Made by a program: the position numbers and the translations under genes
Source of the DNA: Paraglomus brasilianum
Lineage: Eukaryota
NCBI GenBank assembly: GCA_910592345.1
Contig: CAJVPI010000002.1
Coordinates: 1-64,000 of the forward strand
DNA length: 64,000 bases
Direction of reading: 5' to 3'
Notes under the pieces: generated by a model
Told to the model about the DNA's origin: nothing
Seen by the model: the letters and a program-made list of their open reading frames with translations, nothing else
Databases searched by the model: none
In this document: piece by piece, positions 1-13,300 of the stretch
Numbering within the stretch: position 1 is the stretch's first letter
Layout: every line of letters begins with the position of its first letter

Positions 1-2291
1 TCTTGAACTACGGTTTTCGAGTCGTTGTAGTTTGATTTTACCTTGCATTTAAGCTTGTTATTTACATTTATGGATGTATTCGAACTGTTACCGCGTTGAG
101 ATGGCTAAGTGCTGATTAAACCCACATATTGTTAATGTGTCAGAATATTAATATAACATATTGTACCAATTTCTATCAATATTTTATTACATTATTATTA
201 TATTTATTGATTTCAATTCCGATTTCTGGATGCTAAACTTATAGTTTGCATGTAGGTTTACGTACGAAAGAAGAACTAAACCCGATACGATAACCATTGT
301 ATTTGATTGTAATAGTGTAGACTCGCGCTTAATTTTTCATACAATATGAGACTTACTATGAGAAATTAATGCAACAAACGATTAAAGCTCTAAGCTTACC
401 AATCGACTACGAATCAAATGCTCTCAACTATTGACTTAATTAGGTTATGTCTAATTATAATATTAAGTGTTTACATCTACTATGGAAACTTTTAAATACT
501 TGTAAGCTTTGGAATTGTTCTTCCCGATATAAATTTCAATTAACTCATCGTATAAAATACCGCCCTATTAGAATAATCAAATAGAGAGAGCGTTAAACTA
601 GATTGTTATGCAATTATAATTCTTCAGAACCGATACGAATGTAGTTTTGATAATAACCCGGATTAATGTAATCGATTCAATAATCAATCACAGCCTTAAT
701 TTTAATTCAAGTTGACTTTTTTGCCAAACTTCTAAATTTAAAGAAGAATTAATAATTACTTGCTGTCTTTTATCTATAGAAGAAGAATCAAATTATATAA
801 CAGGAATTGCTATTAACTATGTCCAAGCAATCGCGACGAGTCGTAATTGTATCACACGATAGTTGACCGATCAACGATTGATCATTGATAAATTGTTGTT
901 TGTATTACAACAATAGGTTTATTAATTCATTGTATCTCTCATTAGTTATATTCTATCTGATAAAGTTAAGTCTTCTTTGTATCGCAAATAAACATTTATT
1001 TTATTATCTCATCAGCTATTGCTATTTGTTTCTATCTAATTGAAGTCAATCCTTGTTTATATTACGAATATATCCCCTGCTTTGTTAATGCTTGAAACTT
1101 ACATTTTAATGTTCGGCAATGTTTTAGCTTCGTCGCTGTTTATTACTTCAAAGCCCTATTTTCTCAATGTCTACATTTAAATAACAAATTTCACAAATTA
1201 TTTACAAGGTAGTAGCGAGAAAAGTATTCGCATTCGTACAAATATGATATTGCAAATCAGGATAGAATAGAGCAAACTATAGTAATAGAAAGTACCTTGG
1301 TGATTTCCATATTAGTAAGCAGCGTACCATATGTCAAGAGACACACTTAATCTCAATAAAAAAAAGCCTTTTGTCTATAATAATAGCTTTATCACCATTT
1401 AATGGAAACGTTTGTCTATTTTTAGAAGAAATATTATAAATTGAAAAAAACCCCCCGAAGTGTACAAATTAACGATCTGGAGTCAAACTGAAGTCTTTAA
1501 TTGCACAATATCATTTAAATAACATTAAAACCATAACGTAAATATTAAACTTAAAAACACCCTTTGTAGTGGGTTTGATACAATTACTTAGGATACAATG
1601 TTGTCCAACCAAATATTGGTAAAGGGATGTTGATATAAAGCGTAGGTTTATTAAAATAGGTTTGCATATATAGTATAATGTTTTCATATTCTCCACCGCC
1701 CAATTCTAATCGGTTTCTCAAGTATGATTGGAAAATAAATCACATGATTGTTATCTACTATAGTTGGCATATTGTGATTATATCGCATAGAACAATTATT
1801 AATCAAGAGTCAAAATAATAATAATACACAATATGACAATATTTCCAAATTCGGTGTTGCACCGTTATTTGTATGAAATTACATGACCAACAATACTTTC
1901 TTCAATGTTACCAAAAAAGGTATTTGTTTAGACCTTACCAGAAATCTTCGAACGAGACATGCAAAGCTATATGGAAATGTAATTTACGGCAACAAATACG
2001 ATTATGTTAGCAATGTTCGAAAAGCAAGGCTTTGAGCTTCCCAACGATGGCCAAACAAAATGATTTATATTACTGAAAGGATTGTAAGTATTTAACGACG
2101 TACTTTCACCTCCCCTTTTTAACAAAGGGGCTGATGTTCAAATAAAATTATGATCCAATCTGGGGGATTAGGGGTGATATAAACATCGAATATACGACTT
2201 AGATAATGGAACCAATGCAAGAGCTTAAAAATTTTTATAATACGGCAAAGTTATATTCGATATAACACCACGACAATGTATTACTGAGAAA

Positions 2292-2791
2292 TCAAATCTC
2301 AAAGCAAATTGAATACACCACAAATGGAAAAGATGTTACTTTAACAGTTAGATCAAATAGCAGACGCAAAGCTGCGGTTTCACACAAGTGGTTGAAAATG
2401 TGTGACGAATATTTACGCTTAAACGCACGTTTGTTTAGAGTTAAAGATAACGAGAACAATCGTTCTAGCATCAAAGGGAATTGCCTTAACATCGTGATGT
2501 GTTAGATCAAGGCTCTCGCAACTAAACCTATTTTGAAAATGCGAAAGAGAAATAATCGGGTTTGTGGGAAGAACTCTTCTCCGAGTTGTAATTGTTTCAA
2601 TAATAAACACAGTATTTGTTTGGACATATGCGCACTCGACAATTATTTCTAAAGAAACAGACCACACATAACAACCATAAGCAGCAGCTGATAATCTCGA
2701 CACAGACGCCATTGACATGTGAATCTGATCTCAGCTTTCGTTCATATGACATTAAAAAGTCTATTTGAAATAGGATGTCGGAATGAGGCAT
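2292..2791 (-). pseudogene. Possible decayed F-box-like gene fragment
   Basis: Overlapping short minus-strand ORFs. MPHSDILFQIDFL and VNGVCVEIISCCLW loosely resemble the F-box patterns LPxE-L-xIF and LVNRxWCxxxIPxLW. No continuous frame. Confidence 0.2.
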
Positions 2792-4319
2792 ACCGGTAAT
2801 AATAAAATTTCAACTTTAACATTTTTAGCGAAACAGCCGCCTTATCTACCCAGAGTTCTAATAGTCAATTTAACCTTTTTTCTTGTTCGTAGCAATGTCC
2901 AAAATTTAGACGAGCACATGTGAAATAGTAGTGCCAAAAAAAGATGGGACATGAAAAATGTGGAGGATCATCGTCTTATTATTACTAAATGTGTGGGTGT
3001 GTGAAGTAGATCTCTTGCGATAAGACGTGTTACTTTTTAATTTACTATGTTAACCCTTGGTATTACAAATAGTATGGAAAAAAAATCTGTATTAGACCAC
3101 TTACGAATATCGTTATGCTTTTGTTAGTTGTCTTACGGGAGGTTACAACACCAATAGAATTAATATTGTAAACGAACTCTGGTGTAACATTCAGTCATCT
3201 TTGATCTACATTTCTAGTATACGTAAACCATCGCTAGTGAAACGTAATTTCATAGAATGTTTACCTATTAATTATTCAAAGAGTGCATGCATATAGAATT
3301 ACTTAATGATACATACAAGTTAAACTTAATAGTTAAAGCATTCTATTTAGTTGTTATTGGTCTTAAACGCACAGACATACATGACTGCATGCATGCTGTA
3401 TTTGCATACATGTAATACAAAATGTTCTATCTAATTAGTTCAATTAGTATTAAAAGAATTAATGAGCCCCGTTTCAGACATGTTCTAAAGTAGAGAATGC
3501 GTGTTCGAGTCTGCTCCACAAGAAAGCAAAATATACAGCTAATATCTGATTCGTTTCGAATAAAACGTTAGCCAAATCCATCACATCACGTCTTTCCCTA
3601 CCTACTGTACTACCCTCCTCTCCACACCAACCTTTTCATGGATTAACACATCATACATACACACACAAAAAAAGAATATTTCAAAAAATGGGCAAATTTA
3701 ATAAAAAAAAGGGTGAAATTTCAATAATAAAGGGACGCAGCAAACTATTAAAAATTTTATACTAGGTGGATTTTGCAATTTAACAGAAGAAAAGTATATA
3801 AATTCAATAAGTAGAAAAGCAAAATGAGAAAACAGTACGTAAACGAGAAAATCACAACAATACAAAAATACAAGGCTTAGTGCAACGGTAATAGCCGTAC
3901 TCGAAAATCTAATGTTGAGTGGTATTGTAGAAAATATTGCAATTTGCAAAGAAGGGGGGGTGGAATCCCCGCCAAAAATAAATGAAAAAAAGTAATAAAT
4001 ACAAAAATTAACCAAGCATTACGGTTTTTTGTGAGTTATTTGTGAAGAAATATAGCAAGCTAACGATGTACTATGTATATTAACTTACTATAAATGAGCT
4101 GACATGCTTGTGTTGGAAAATTTTTGCATAAGTATGAACTAACATTCACGGAATTTCGCAAGTAATTAATGTTTTGTTTCACAGTAAATTATGTAAAGAA
4201 ATTAATATGCCTAGACATGAAAATAATTAATAACCAGAAATTGAATTTTTATTGCAAGGTTGGGGAAATTTTTAATGCCTTATTATTATAGTAAATTGAT
4301 CGAATTAATTCGATTGATA

Positions 4320-4492
4320 CACAGGCAAACTCGATAAGTCGGTCTCTCGATAATTCAATTTTGGCCTAAGAAGGCCAAAACTTCCCAAGCTCAAGCCCTT
4401 TTCTCAGTTTTAATATTTAAAATCTCTCGATAAGTCGGTTCTCTCGATAAGTCGGTCCATCATGCATGACCGACTTATCGAGTTTGCCTGTG
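4320..4492. mobile_element. MITE, Tc1/mariner/pogo-type (173 bp)
   Basis: Terminal inverted repeats CACAGGCAAACTCGATAAGTCGGT...ACCGACTTATCGAGTTTGCCTGTG, flanked by TA at 4318-4319 and 4493-4494. Internal copies of CTCTCGATAAGTCGGT. No ORF. Confidence 0.85.
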
Positions 4493-6161
4493 TATTTATA
4501 TTTGGGCCAATCCTGAAACGATCTGGAGTATTAATGTTAGTAACAAAAGGATATTGTACCGGGAACTGGGACATATTTTCCTGACATTCTGGATTTCAAA
4601 ATTCCCTTTGCTTTAAATTTCTGCTACATTTAAATACTATTGTGCAAAAAATTTTCAATTTATCAACAAAACTATCTGGTAATTTCTGACTGACATATAA
4701 GGGAATAATATCTAACAATGGTGTAAACATCTTACAATGCAAAATCTAAAGGTTGTTAATATTATTTAGAAAATACAGAACCTGTTGTTTAAAATACTAT
4801 TATATTTTTCGTCAACATTTGAAATTTTTAATATTCTAAAAAATAATAATAAAATTTTTTTAATTATAGTTTCTTCTGCTGTCCAAAAAAAAAAGGAAAA
4901 AGGAAGCACCTCACAACAAGAGTATGTAATCTGTTACCAAAGAATAAGCAAATAATATTTATATTAATGTAAAGGTATTACTGGTACGTGAACTTGTTCA
5001 TTATGCAAAGACAACAAATTAGGTGCAAGGTGCCATGTAACGTGAAACTGTCAACAAGTTAAGTACACTCGAATAAACTATGAAAAATTGGAAGGTCAGT
5101 ATAAATCCATCGTTTACATCTTTGATAGCAACTTCGCGGATATTTATTCTATGCCATGTAGTTAGGTGTCCATATTGTAATAGGGAGCTGATGCAAACAT
5201 TCAAAAATAGAGTCGCAAAGCGAGAATGCCCCGCATCAATTGATATATATTTTTTTGCTTTAATAAAAGGCAAAGATAATGAAATTTTCATTTACAAAAA
5301 TTCTATATTGACTGACCAGTGTTAATTGTGATATGAGTTTAATTTTGAATAAACAATATAAACTGGTGATTTGTTGTAATCTTTATTTAATTTATTATCC
5401 ATAGTTACGAGCGAAGTGATAGAACAATTACAGTTACAATCAATTGTAAGAGACCAAATAAAATTTGTAACACTTGCGAATTCTGACCCGAGACTCTATT
5501 GTGGACGCCTCTCTTGTCTTTGTCAACCCTACATAAAGAATGTGAGGGGCAAATCCGTTATTTTGTCCACACAGACCAATATGGTTAACTAATACAAAAG
5601 ATTTTGTCCGATGAAAAAGGAAAGTTGTAACCAGATCAACATCCTCGCATATGGAACATAAACAAACCAACTTATTTTAATGCCCCACGAACCGAATTTC
5701 AGGGGTGCACATAATAATAATGGACAATGATGACATTATTTAGTTTTGACAATCCACTGTCAGAAGAAAGAAAAAGGAACGCTCATAGGTGCGTTTTTGG
5801 CTCGATTATTTCCTCTGTTTTATGTGCTTTGATGCTTAATCGAATGTGTCAGATTTCCCAATAAGGGCAACGACGGCAAGTCGTTTCTAAATAAATGCAT
5901 CCAAATAACGAATAATAAGATTGCAAAAGGTCTGAAACCAAAATTGAAACTACAAAATGTCAAACGTTATTTGACAAACAATAGCTCGTGAAAAGAATAG
6001 TAACGTTAATTATTTGATCCAGGAAACAATAATCGCACAGTGTGATTCAACAATTTGACCCCTGAAACTCGCTCGTATGTTGACTGGCTCTTCTTGTAAC
6101 ATACCCAATTTTTGTTCGCTTTCTCACCACCTCGCCGTTTTCTTTTATCTTTTGTCCTTTA

Positions 6162-7881
6162 ATGGCGTCTGATTTCCTAGCCTTACTTTCTAGAGATTTT
6201 GGTCATATTCTCGAATCTCGAGACTACGTAGACTTGTCCATAAAGAGTGGCAAAGAATCTGATGTAAAACTCTTCGAAGCACATAGTCTTGTTGTGTGTG
6301 CTCGATGTCCGTATTTCAAAACCATATTAGAAAAGAACATTAATATGAATAAGAAGTCTTCATACTTTGTCAAACTGGAAAATATTTCACCAGACATATT
6401 TGAACCATTACTAAAGTGAGTATAGAATTCCATTAATTTTGCCAATATGCAACCGCCCCGAGTTCGTTCCAGTAGATCTCATGTCTTTAATAGGTACATA
6501 TATACAGGTTCTTTGCCAATATCCAAACACTCAGCTGAAGAATTACTATCTCTTCTGCTTGCAGCGAAAGAATTAGGTCTCAAAGATCTCGTATCGTACT
6601 TCCAGACGCGTCTAGTGACTCATCATTCGTCATATCTGCTACGTAATATAATTTCAATCAACAAGCTTGCTACAGCTAATTCAGAATTGTTCACCGTCCT
6701 CGATCAATACTGCAAAAAAATTGTCGACTCGCAACCGTCAATTTTATTCAGATCAAGCGAGTTCACAACACTTGACGAGGGAATTCTAGTTTCTTTGTTG
6801 CAAAGAGACGATTTACAAATACCAGAGAGCTCTGTGTTTGATTATATTTTTACTTGGGGATTAGCCCGGCATCCTAGTGTGGATGAAGATCCTGGAACTT
6901 GGACAGCTGAAAATGTTGAATCATTGAGGGATACCTTGAAAGAATGTATTCCGTTGATAAGATGGTTTCATATTCCTTCTTGTGACTTTGTGGATAGGGT
7001 AAAAATCTTCGAGAAACTATTACCAGAAGAGTTGTATTACGACTTGTTACGTCATTATATGGTTCCGAATTATGAGCCTACTTTTATAGTATTACCGCCC
7101 AGAAACCGTTCGAGCCAGGTCGTTCAAATCTTGAAACAGATTGTAAGTGCAGACTGTGCAAGGAGAAATGGGCGAAGATCAATAGCTGCAAACGAAAGCA
7201 ACAAAGGAAAATCAACATCATGTCATAATGGGCTACGCTCCCTTAGCGAAAAATCCAACTCACAAGTATCGAGTAAGCGCACTCGACGCCTTTACAGGTT
7301 GTCAGACTCGGAGGAAGAGTCAATCACAGCCCCGTTGACAAGGATATACATAGAGAACGATCGTCTCAGGTCGGTCCTATTGACTCGAGCTCAATCCAAT
7401 TGGCTTGCATCGATCATCCAACCTAATTCACCGTCAACACTTACTTTCACTCTCTTACTTCGTGGAACTCGTGATGGGTTTTCATCTGAAGTGTTTCACA
7501 GCCTCTGTACTAAAGTCGGACCAACAATAACAGTTGCGCGTGTTGCATTGAGTAATGAACTTGTCGGTGGATATAACCCGTTGAACTGGATTTCTACCCT
7601 TGATTTTGATTATGCTGAAACGGACTCGAGTTTCTTGTTTGCACTTAGAGGTCAACAGGAAACTGGATTGGTAAGTCGTGTTACAGATACATCTACTGCT
7701 GTCAGATATCACAAGAACTATGGACCTATATTTGGGGGGGGGACATGATTTGGTAATGCTAAATAATACCGAGATCAGTATGTGGAGTTGTAAAAAGTAT
7801 TCATATGCTAATCGTATAAGGGCAGGAGAAGGTTGTTTTGTGATTGATGAATATGAGGTTTTTGCTGTACAAATAAAATAA
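6162..7881 (+). CDS. BTB/POZ-BACK-TLDc domain protein (2 exons; apparent frameshift at G9 run 7734-7742)
   Basis: Exon 1 6162-6415 (DYVDLSIKSG..FEAHSLVVCARCPYF, BTB). Intron 6416-6493 (GTGAGT..TAG) rejoins LLK-YIYTG. BACK-like LLQRDDLQIPESSVFDYIFTWG. TLDc motifs LLLRGTRDGF, GGYNPLNW, SFLF, YGPIFGGG; the continuation HDL...IDEYEVFAV* lies in another frame. Confidence 0.9.
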
Positions 7882-8045
7882 TTTGCCAATCGAATATTTT
7901 TATTGCAATTATTAAATAGATGAATGATACAAGGAATTATGATATTTGGTCTCCTGGCAGGGACCAGTAATATTAATAAGGAAAGCTCGCATACATTTGT
8001 TGTTTATTCCATATTCCACTTTGCAGCTTGTCTATTGTATACAAC

Positions 8046-10360
8046 CTATTCGTCACCGCCTGCTTCCAACCATTTAGCATATTTCTCTAATCTTGCAGAC
8101 TCTTCTTCCTCAGTTTCATCTGCCTTTGAACCTGATCGTTGGAATCTACGCTTGCCGTCATAATGCCCTGCTTCTACACGACGACCACCAAAGAAGCGAC
8201 CATTCATTTTCTGTTGATAAATAAAGAGTGTTTTAATAAGACAACAAGAAAGCAGATTTCCCAATCGACTATCCATATATATTATGAAAATAACATACTA
8301 GAATACAGGCTTCAGCACTAAGCGGTTCCTTAAATCTGATCGAAACAACGCCTTCAGGTTCTTTCTGTTTAACGCAGTATACGACATGATTGTCATTATC
8401 GAATTCGGGAATCATTTTGTAAACAGGAAATAATCAGACTTACGTCATACAGGACTACATTCGTGACTTCGCCCAGCTTCTCACACTCTGATCGGATGTC
8501 TTCCTTGAGGTCTAGAATTAAACCTACATCTTTCTGCAACAATATTTAACGAAAATGTCTGTTAAATAGACATGCTAGTCGTGGTGAAATAAATATCATT
8601 CTGATTACCTCTATTTCTTCAAGCGTAAACATATGCTTTAGTATGACAATTTTGCTGTGACGCTCGGCCTTTTTACCAGTTTCTTCGTCAAACCAATCAA
8701 GTTTTCTAACAGACAAAGAAGAAGAAAAAAAGGGGTTAAAATCACATTGACATGAAATCCGGACAAGCAATATTTGGAAAAGAAACACGCCCATACTTTT
8801 CGAGCTTTTGACGCGCCTTTTGCACTATTTTTTTGTCTGGTTTGTTAGTAGCATTCTTTCGATCATTTTGATGAGAAGTATCGGATGGCTTTGGCTCTTT
8901 GGGTTTAAATTCTGCCTGCAAAATGTGTTTTCCCAATATGTAAAATCGCCCAATACAATCCAAGCATTCTATAATGGGCGGTGATGGCGTTTCAAACAAA
9001 ACATGTAAATGCAGCATAAACTAACCATCTGGACACGAATCTTGGACTCTTTCCCAGGTCGTAGATCGGTATCATCTAGCAACTGGCACGCTAAAGTGAC
9101 AGATTCTTCTTTCAGGTAAGTGATCAAAGCGTCTCCTTTGAGGTTATTCTTATCGTCTTTGTAAAGTTTGATCCTTGGTCCACCTTATAATAGTGAAATT
9201 AACAAATAAATCCGACTCTATTCTCAATAAAATATTGCACCCATATTGACAGCAATCAATCTGGAAGCGTTTACGTGTAATTCATCAAGCTTATCTTTTT
9301 CCTTGTCCCTCGTCATTTTTGACAGTACTAGAACATACCGTTGACAAAATCTTCCATTAATACACCATATTTAGAGAATACTTCAGCCAACTCCTCAACT
9401 GTGACGTCGCTAGGTAGGTTGGTGACGTAAACCGACGTGTTGACTGCCTTCTTTTTCTGCTGTTGATTATCTTGCTTTTGTTTCTTTCTTGAATTACTAT
9501 CTGGCTTCAAAGGGTGATTTAAAAGAGCGCATTGATTAATCAGTAGGCCTAAATTAGTTAAACCTGTTAAGAGGAATGAAATAATCCACGAAAGAGAAAC
9601 GTCGACATACGTCGTCCATGGTGTAGACGTTTTTGCGTTTGTTGCGTTTTTCTGGAATTACCGGAGCCTATAACAGTTTTGGCAGTGAGTTGGCGATAGC
9701 AATTAGTCGAAAATAGGAATCGAGTGCAATATTGAAGAATTGAGTAGATAAAACTTCAATATCGTCATTTTAACAACCATCGAAAGAGCTTTATTGATAA
9801 GAATATTGGAACAAAATCATTATAAAAGTAGCCAATTTGTCGGCTTGCAACTAATTCTATAGCTACGACAAATTACGTTGCAACTCGACCATTGACAAGA
9901 AGAAAAAGTTATGCGTAGTATCTCTAATAGAAGACACCATTAACTATGACAGCAAACCCCCTTGTTACAACCACAAAACCTCAAAATCTTTGTAAACCAT
10001 GAATCCGTTAATTAGCCTCGAATACATCAAATTTACACTTACAGATTCGTCCACTCCAGGCACGGAATAAGCCGACTGTTGAGCTTCAATCAATTGCTCA
10101 TTAAACTGCAAACGTTTCCCAGGCGTCAATGCTCTGTGCTCCGCCCCTCCTTCGAGCTCATTTATTCTATAGAAGCTGTGTCCTCATACCATAGGAAACC
10201 AAGCCCCTTGTGCCTCATCGTATTCGTATGGCACTCCGTCGTCGTCTGTGTATGTCCATTTTCCTGTTTCTTCAATAAAATGCATACGTGGATCAGAAGA
10301 AAATTCCGACTTTACGCTAGAAACGGATTTTGTCGTGGTGCTAGTATCGTTAGTCGACAT
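8046..10360 (-). CDS. HTATSF1: Tat-SF1/Cus2/Uap2-like U2 snRNP-associated splicing factor (RRM + UHM), multi-exon
   Basis: ATG at 10360 (MSTND..GKWTYTDDDGVPYEYDEAQGAWFPM). RRM1 NTSVYVTNLPSDVTVEELAEVFSKYG and KGDALITYLKEESVTLACQLLDD. UHM IVILKHMFTLEE..LDLKEDIRSECEKLGEVTNVVLYD..MNGRFFGGRRVEA. GT-AG introns; stop at 8046. Confidence 0.9.
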
Positions 10361-13300
10361 AATAGTGGATATATTGTTAGAAACGGTTTCTTGAATTTAG
10401 AAACAGATATAATAAAAGTGGTGAGTCGAGTTTGGTTGTCGCTGAACACATTTACTATTTACTACGACACATAGTCACGTGTGTAGTAGAATTTCCGTGG
10501 GCAATAATGAAAGAAAGCAAGTTAATCGCGCGGTTCCAAATTAGTATTCGCAAGGTTCAGTCCATATGTTTGCACTTGATGGCTGTACATGAAATATCTA
10601 TCGTTAAAGCTGTGTATTTACGCGTTTTGAAATGCTCTCACTCCCAGTATATTAGGCCATCGTCTTGAATCAATTATTCTCTATTGAATAATTTTTCAAG
10701 TATTTGTATTAAATGTCGATTATTTACCACCAACATATAAAACTGACACAAAATTTTGCTTGAAGTTATAACATGCTTGATATAAGGTTATCTCTATCTA
10801 AAAATACTATACGAGATAATTTAAAATCGATAATCCAAAAATTACAGCACGATTAGAAGTTTTGTTTTTTTTTGTTTAAAAAAAATGATGAACAAGTTGT
10901 TTAGCTATTACTATAGAATAGATAAATGTCAGATAGAGAAGGAGTAAAAAAACTAGTGTCTTCTTTGAGTGCATCTTATGCTTTTCCTATTTCCAAGCAA
11001 GCAAAATGCGTGTTGAGTATATCAAACTTTTAGCGATACAATCCAAATATCACGTAAATATGCTATAAATTCCTCAAACGTATATTTGTATAAAACGTGC
11101 CTATCTCTCTGACTAAAGTTGATGGACGCGGGGGAGCAATACTTGCGACTTTTTCAAATATAAATGTATAAACTTATCAGTAAATATATAATGTATAAAG
11201 CTTGACATAATAATAATAGTAGTTTTACGATATTGAGCAGTAGAAGCTATTGCCAATGGCTACATTCTATCATAACGGATTGACTAGATTGGTGTTATGC
11301 AATAAAAAAGAGAAATCTATTAATATTAATAATATAGTAATTTGGGATGAGCGGATAATAATAATAAGCAAATTGTTTGTAAACCGGCTTGTATTTATTA
11401 TTATTTCCTAATTTATTAATTCAGAAATGTGACTGTTCGATTAGTTTTGTTATCACATCCGATAGAAATCGAGGCATATTCAATCTAATTTACAGGCAAA
11501 TAGAACTAGGCTTGGCCATTCTTTGAGAAGCATTTTGTACGGCTCAAAGTGATTAATATTGTAAATACAGTTAATTATATATAATAATACTATGCAAGGA
11601 GGCCAGAAACCATGGCATTTTCCTACTACATTTCGAATAATCAGCAAAGCAAAATTAAATGTCGAGAGAGAGTGTGTAGTCTTGCATGCCAAGTCTTTCC
11701 TGCAACAACAAATTTATCCGATTCCAATAATGTCTTTGCTCATGACAAATTGCTAGTTTCAAAGTAGAACTTATTAATTGTTACTTCATATTTAATTGGG
11801 TCAATTTGGTTAATAAATTATCAAGAGTATCAAAGTCGATTGATCTTTGTGCAAAAAAATTATCCGTTACTAAAGCAAACAATCTGCTCCTTTGTTTGTT
11901 GGTGGCTCGTCGTAATGGATGTATTAAAGTAAGTATTTCACTATCTGTGTGTACATCATATTATTCTAAACTGTATAATACAGTTGACTCTAACGTTCAA
12001 TTAATTTCCGGACACAATTCTCTGGTTCTGTTGTATTTTGCTTCACGTAATCCATGCATTAGACTTTTAATCATGATAATGAAGGGATCATGAAATTCAA
12101 TTCGCAACGATGGTAATCACCGAAGTACAATGATTATGATGTGATTAGGATAAGAGAAGAAAATTAATATTAATAGTATTGTTGGACGGATCCAGGCCTG
12201 GAGACCGAAATATTAGCAAAGTTACGTTACGTGCTACATAGAAATTCATTTCACATCAGTGCCAAGTTTTGCTAGTACTAGATTAACTACATGTCTGACT
12301 AATAAGTTATTATTAATTCTCTAGAGGAATATTACCACGTGGAAAGCAGTGGTTCATTGGATAATGTGGGTTTCAAAGTAGTAGACAAGAACTTTATTAT
12401 ACCGACCGGTTGGGTCGGTAATCCGAGAGAGCAGTGTTTTATCGAAAAGTCTATTAGGTAGCGCTCAACCCCCCCCCTCTCCCCTCTCCCCTCTTCCCTC
12501 TCCCAGCAGTTAAACGCTATGGCTATACATGCATAGGCGTACCAATAAAAGAATGTATCATTGATCTAGAAACAAGAGATGCTGACCACACGGACCCGTT
12601 TGAGAATAATAATCTTTTTGGAGTTAAAAAACCGCCTCAAACATTTGTAAGATGGTCTTTATTATGGCAACTGCATGGATTAGGGAAAAAGTAAAGCGTC
12701 AAATGCTGCACAAAAGTTTCACAATGCTAACAATGATAGTTGGTGAGAATGTGTACCATTTGTTTAGTTTACGGATCTCACCATGCGTCATAGTGTTTCA
12801 GCAATTTAGGAAATCACTATTATTGATCGAGGTGAGGTGTTCTCTGCGAGTGGCCAAACTGAAATCTTGTGCGAGAGAGGTCTTTGTTGGCGAAAATTTA
12901 TCCTGTGACAGTTTATTATTACAAGGAGGTTTTTGTAGGTGAATAATAGATAGACGAGTGGCGGTGAACTATTAACAAGGGAGTTTACTTGAACAATGAG
13001 CGGCATGTGATCATACCGTATCAAGGGATGATCGGCGTATTCATTTTGTGTAGTAACTCTAAATATCAATTGGATTTTATTAATATTAAAATACCAAGTG
13101 AAAACCAATAACTAGTTTGACGTTACAATATACTATATACAGCGAATAAGATAATTTACAATTACAAAAGATACTTGCCTGTGAGTGATAAGTGTGATGT
13201 ACTATATTTGGGTTATTTTGGTGGAGGACGGGACGTATACAAGGGGAGTAACAAAATAAGTAATCAATTCTAATTTATTGTGTGATATGTATCAAATGAT

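Noticed and set aside
1..1700. Transposase remnant in AT-rich DNA
   Set aside because: Looks decayed, but no motif could be identified reliably.
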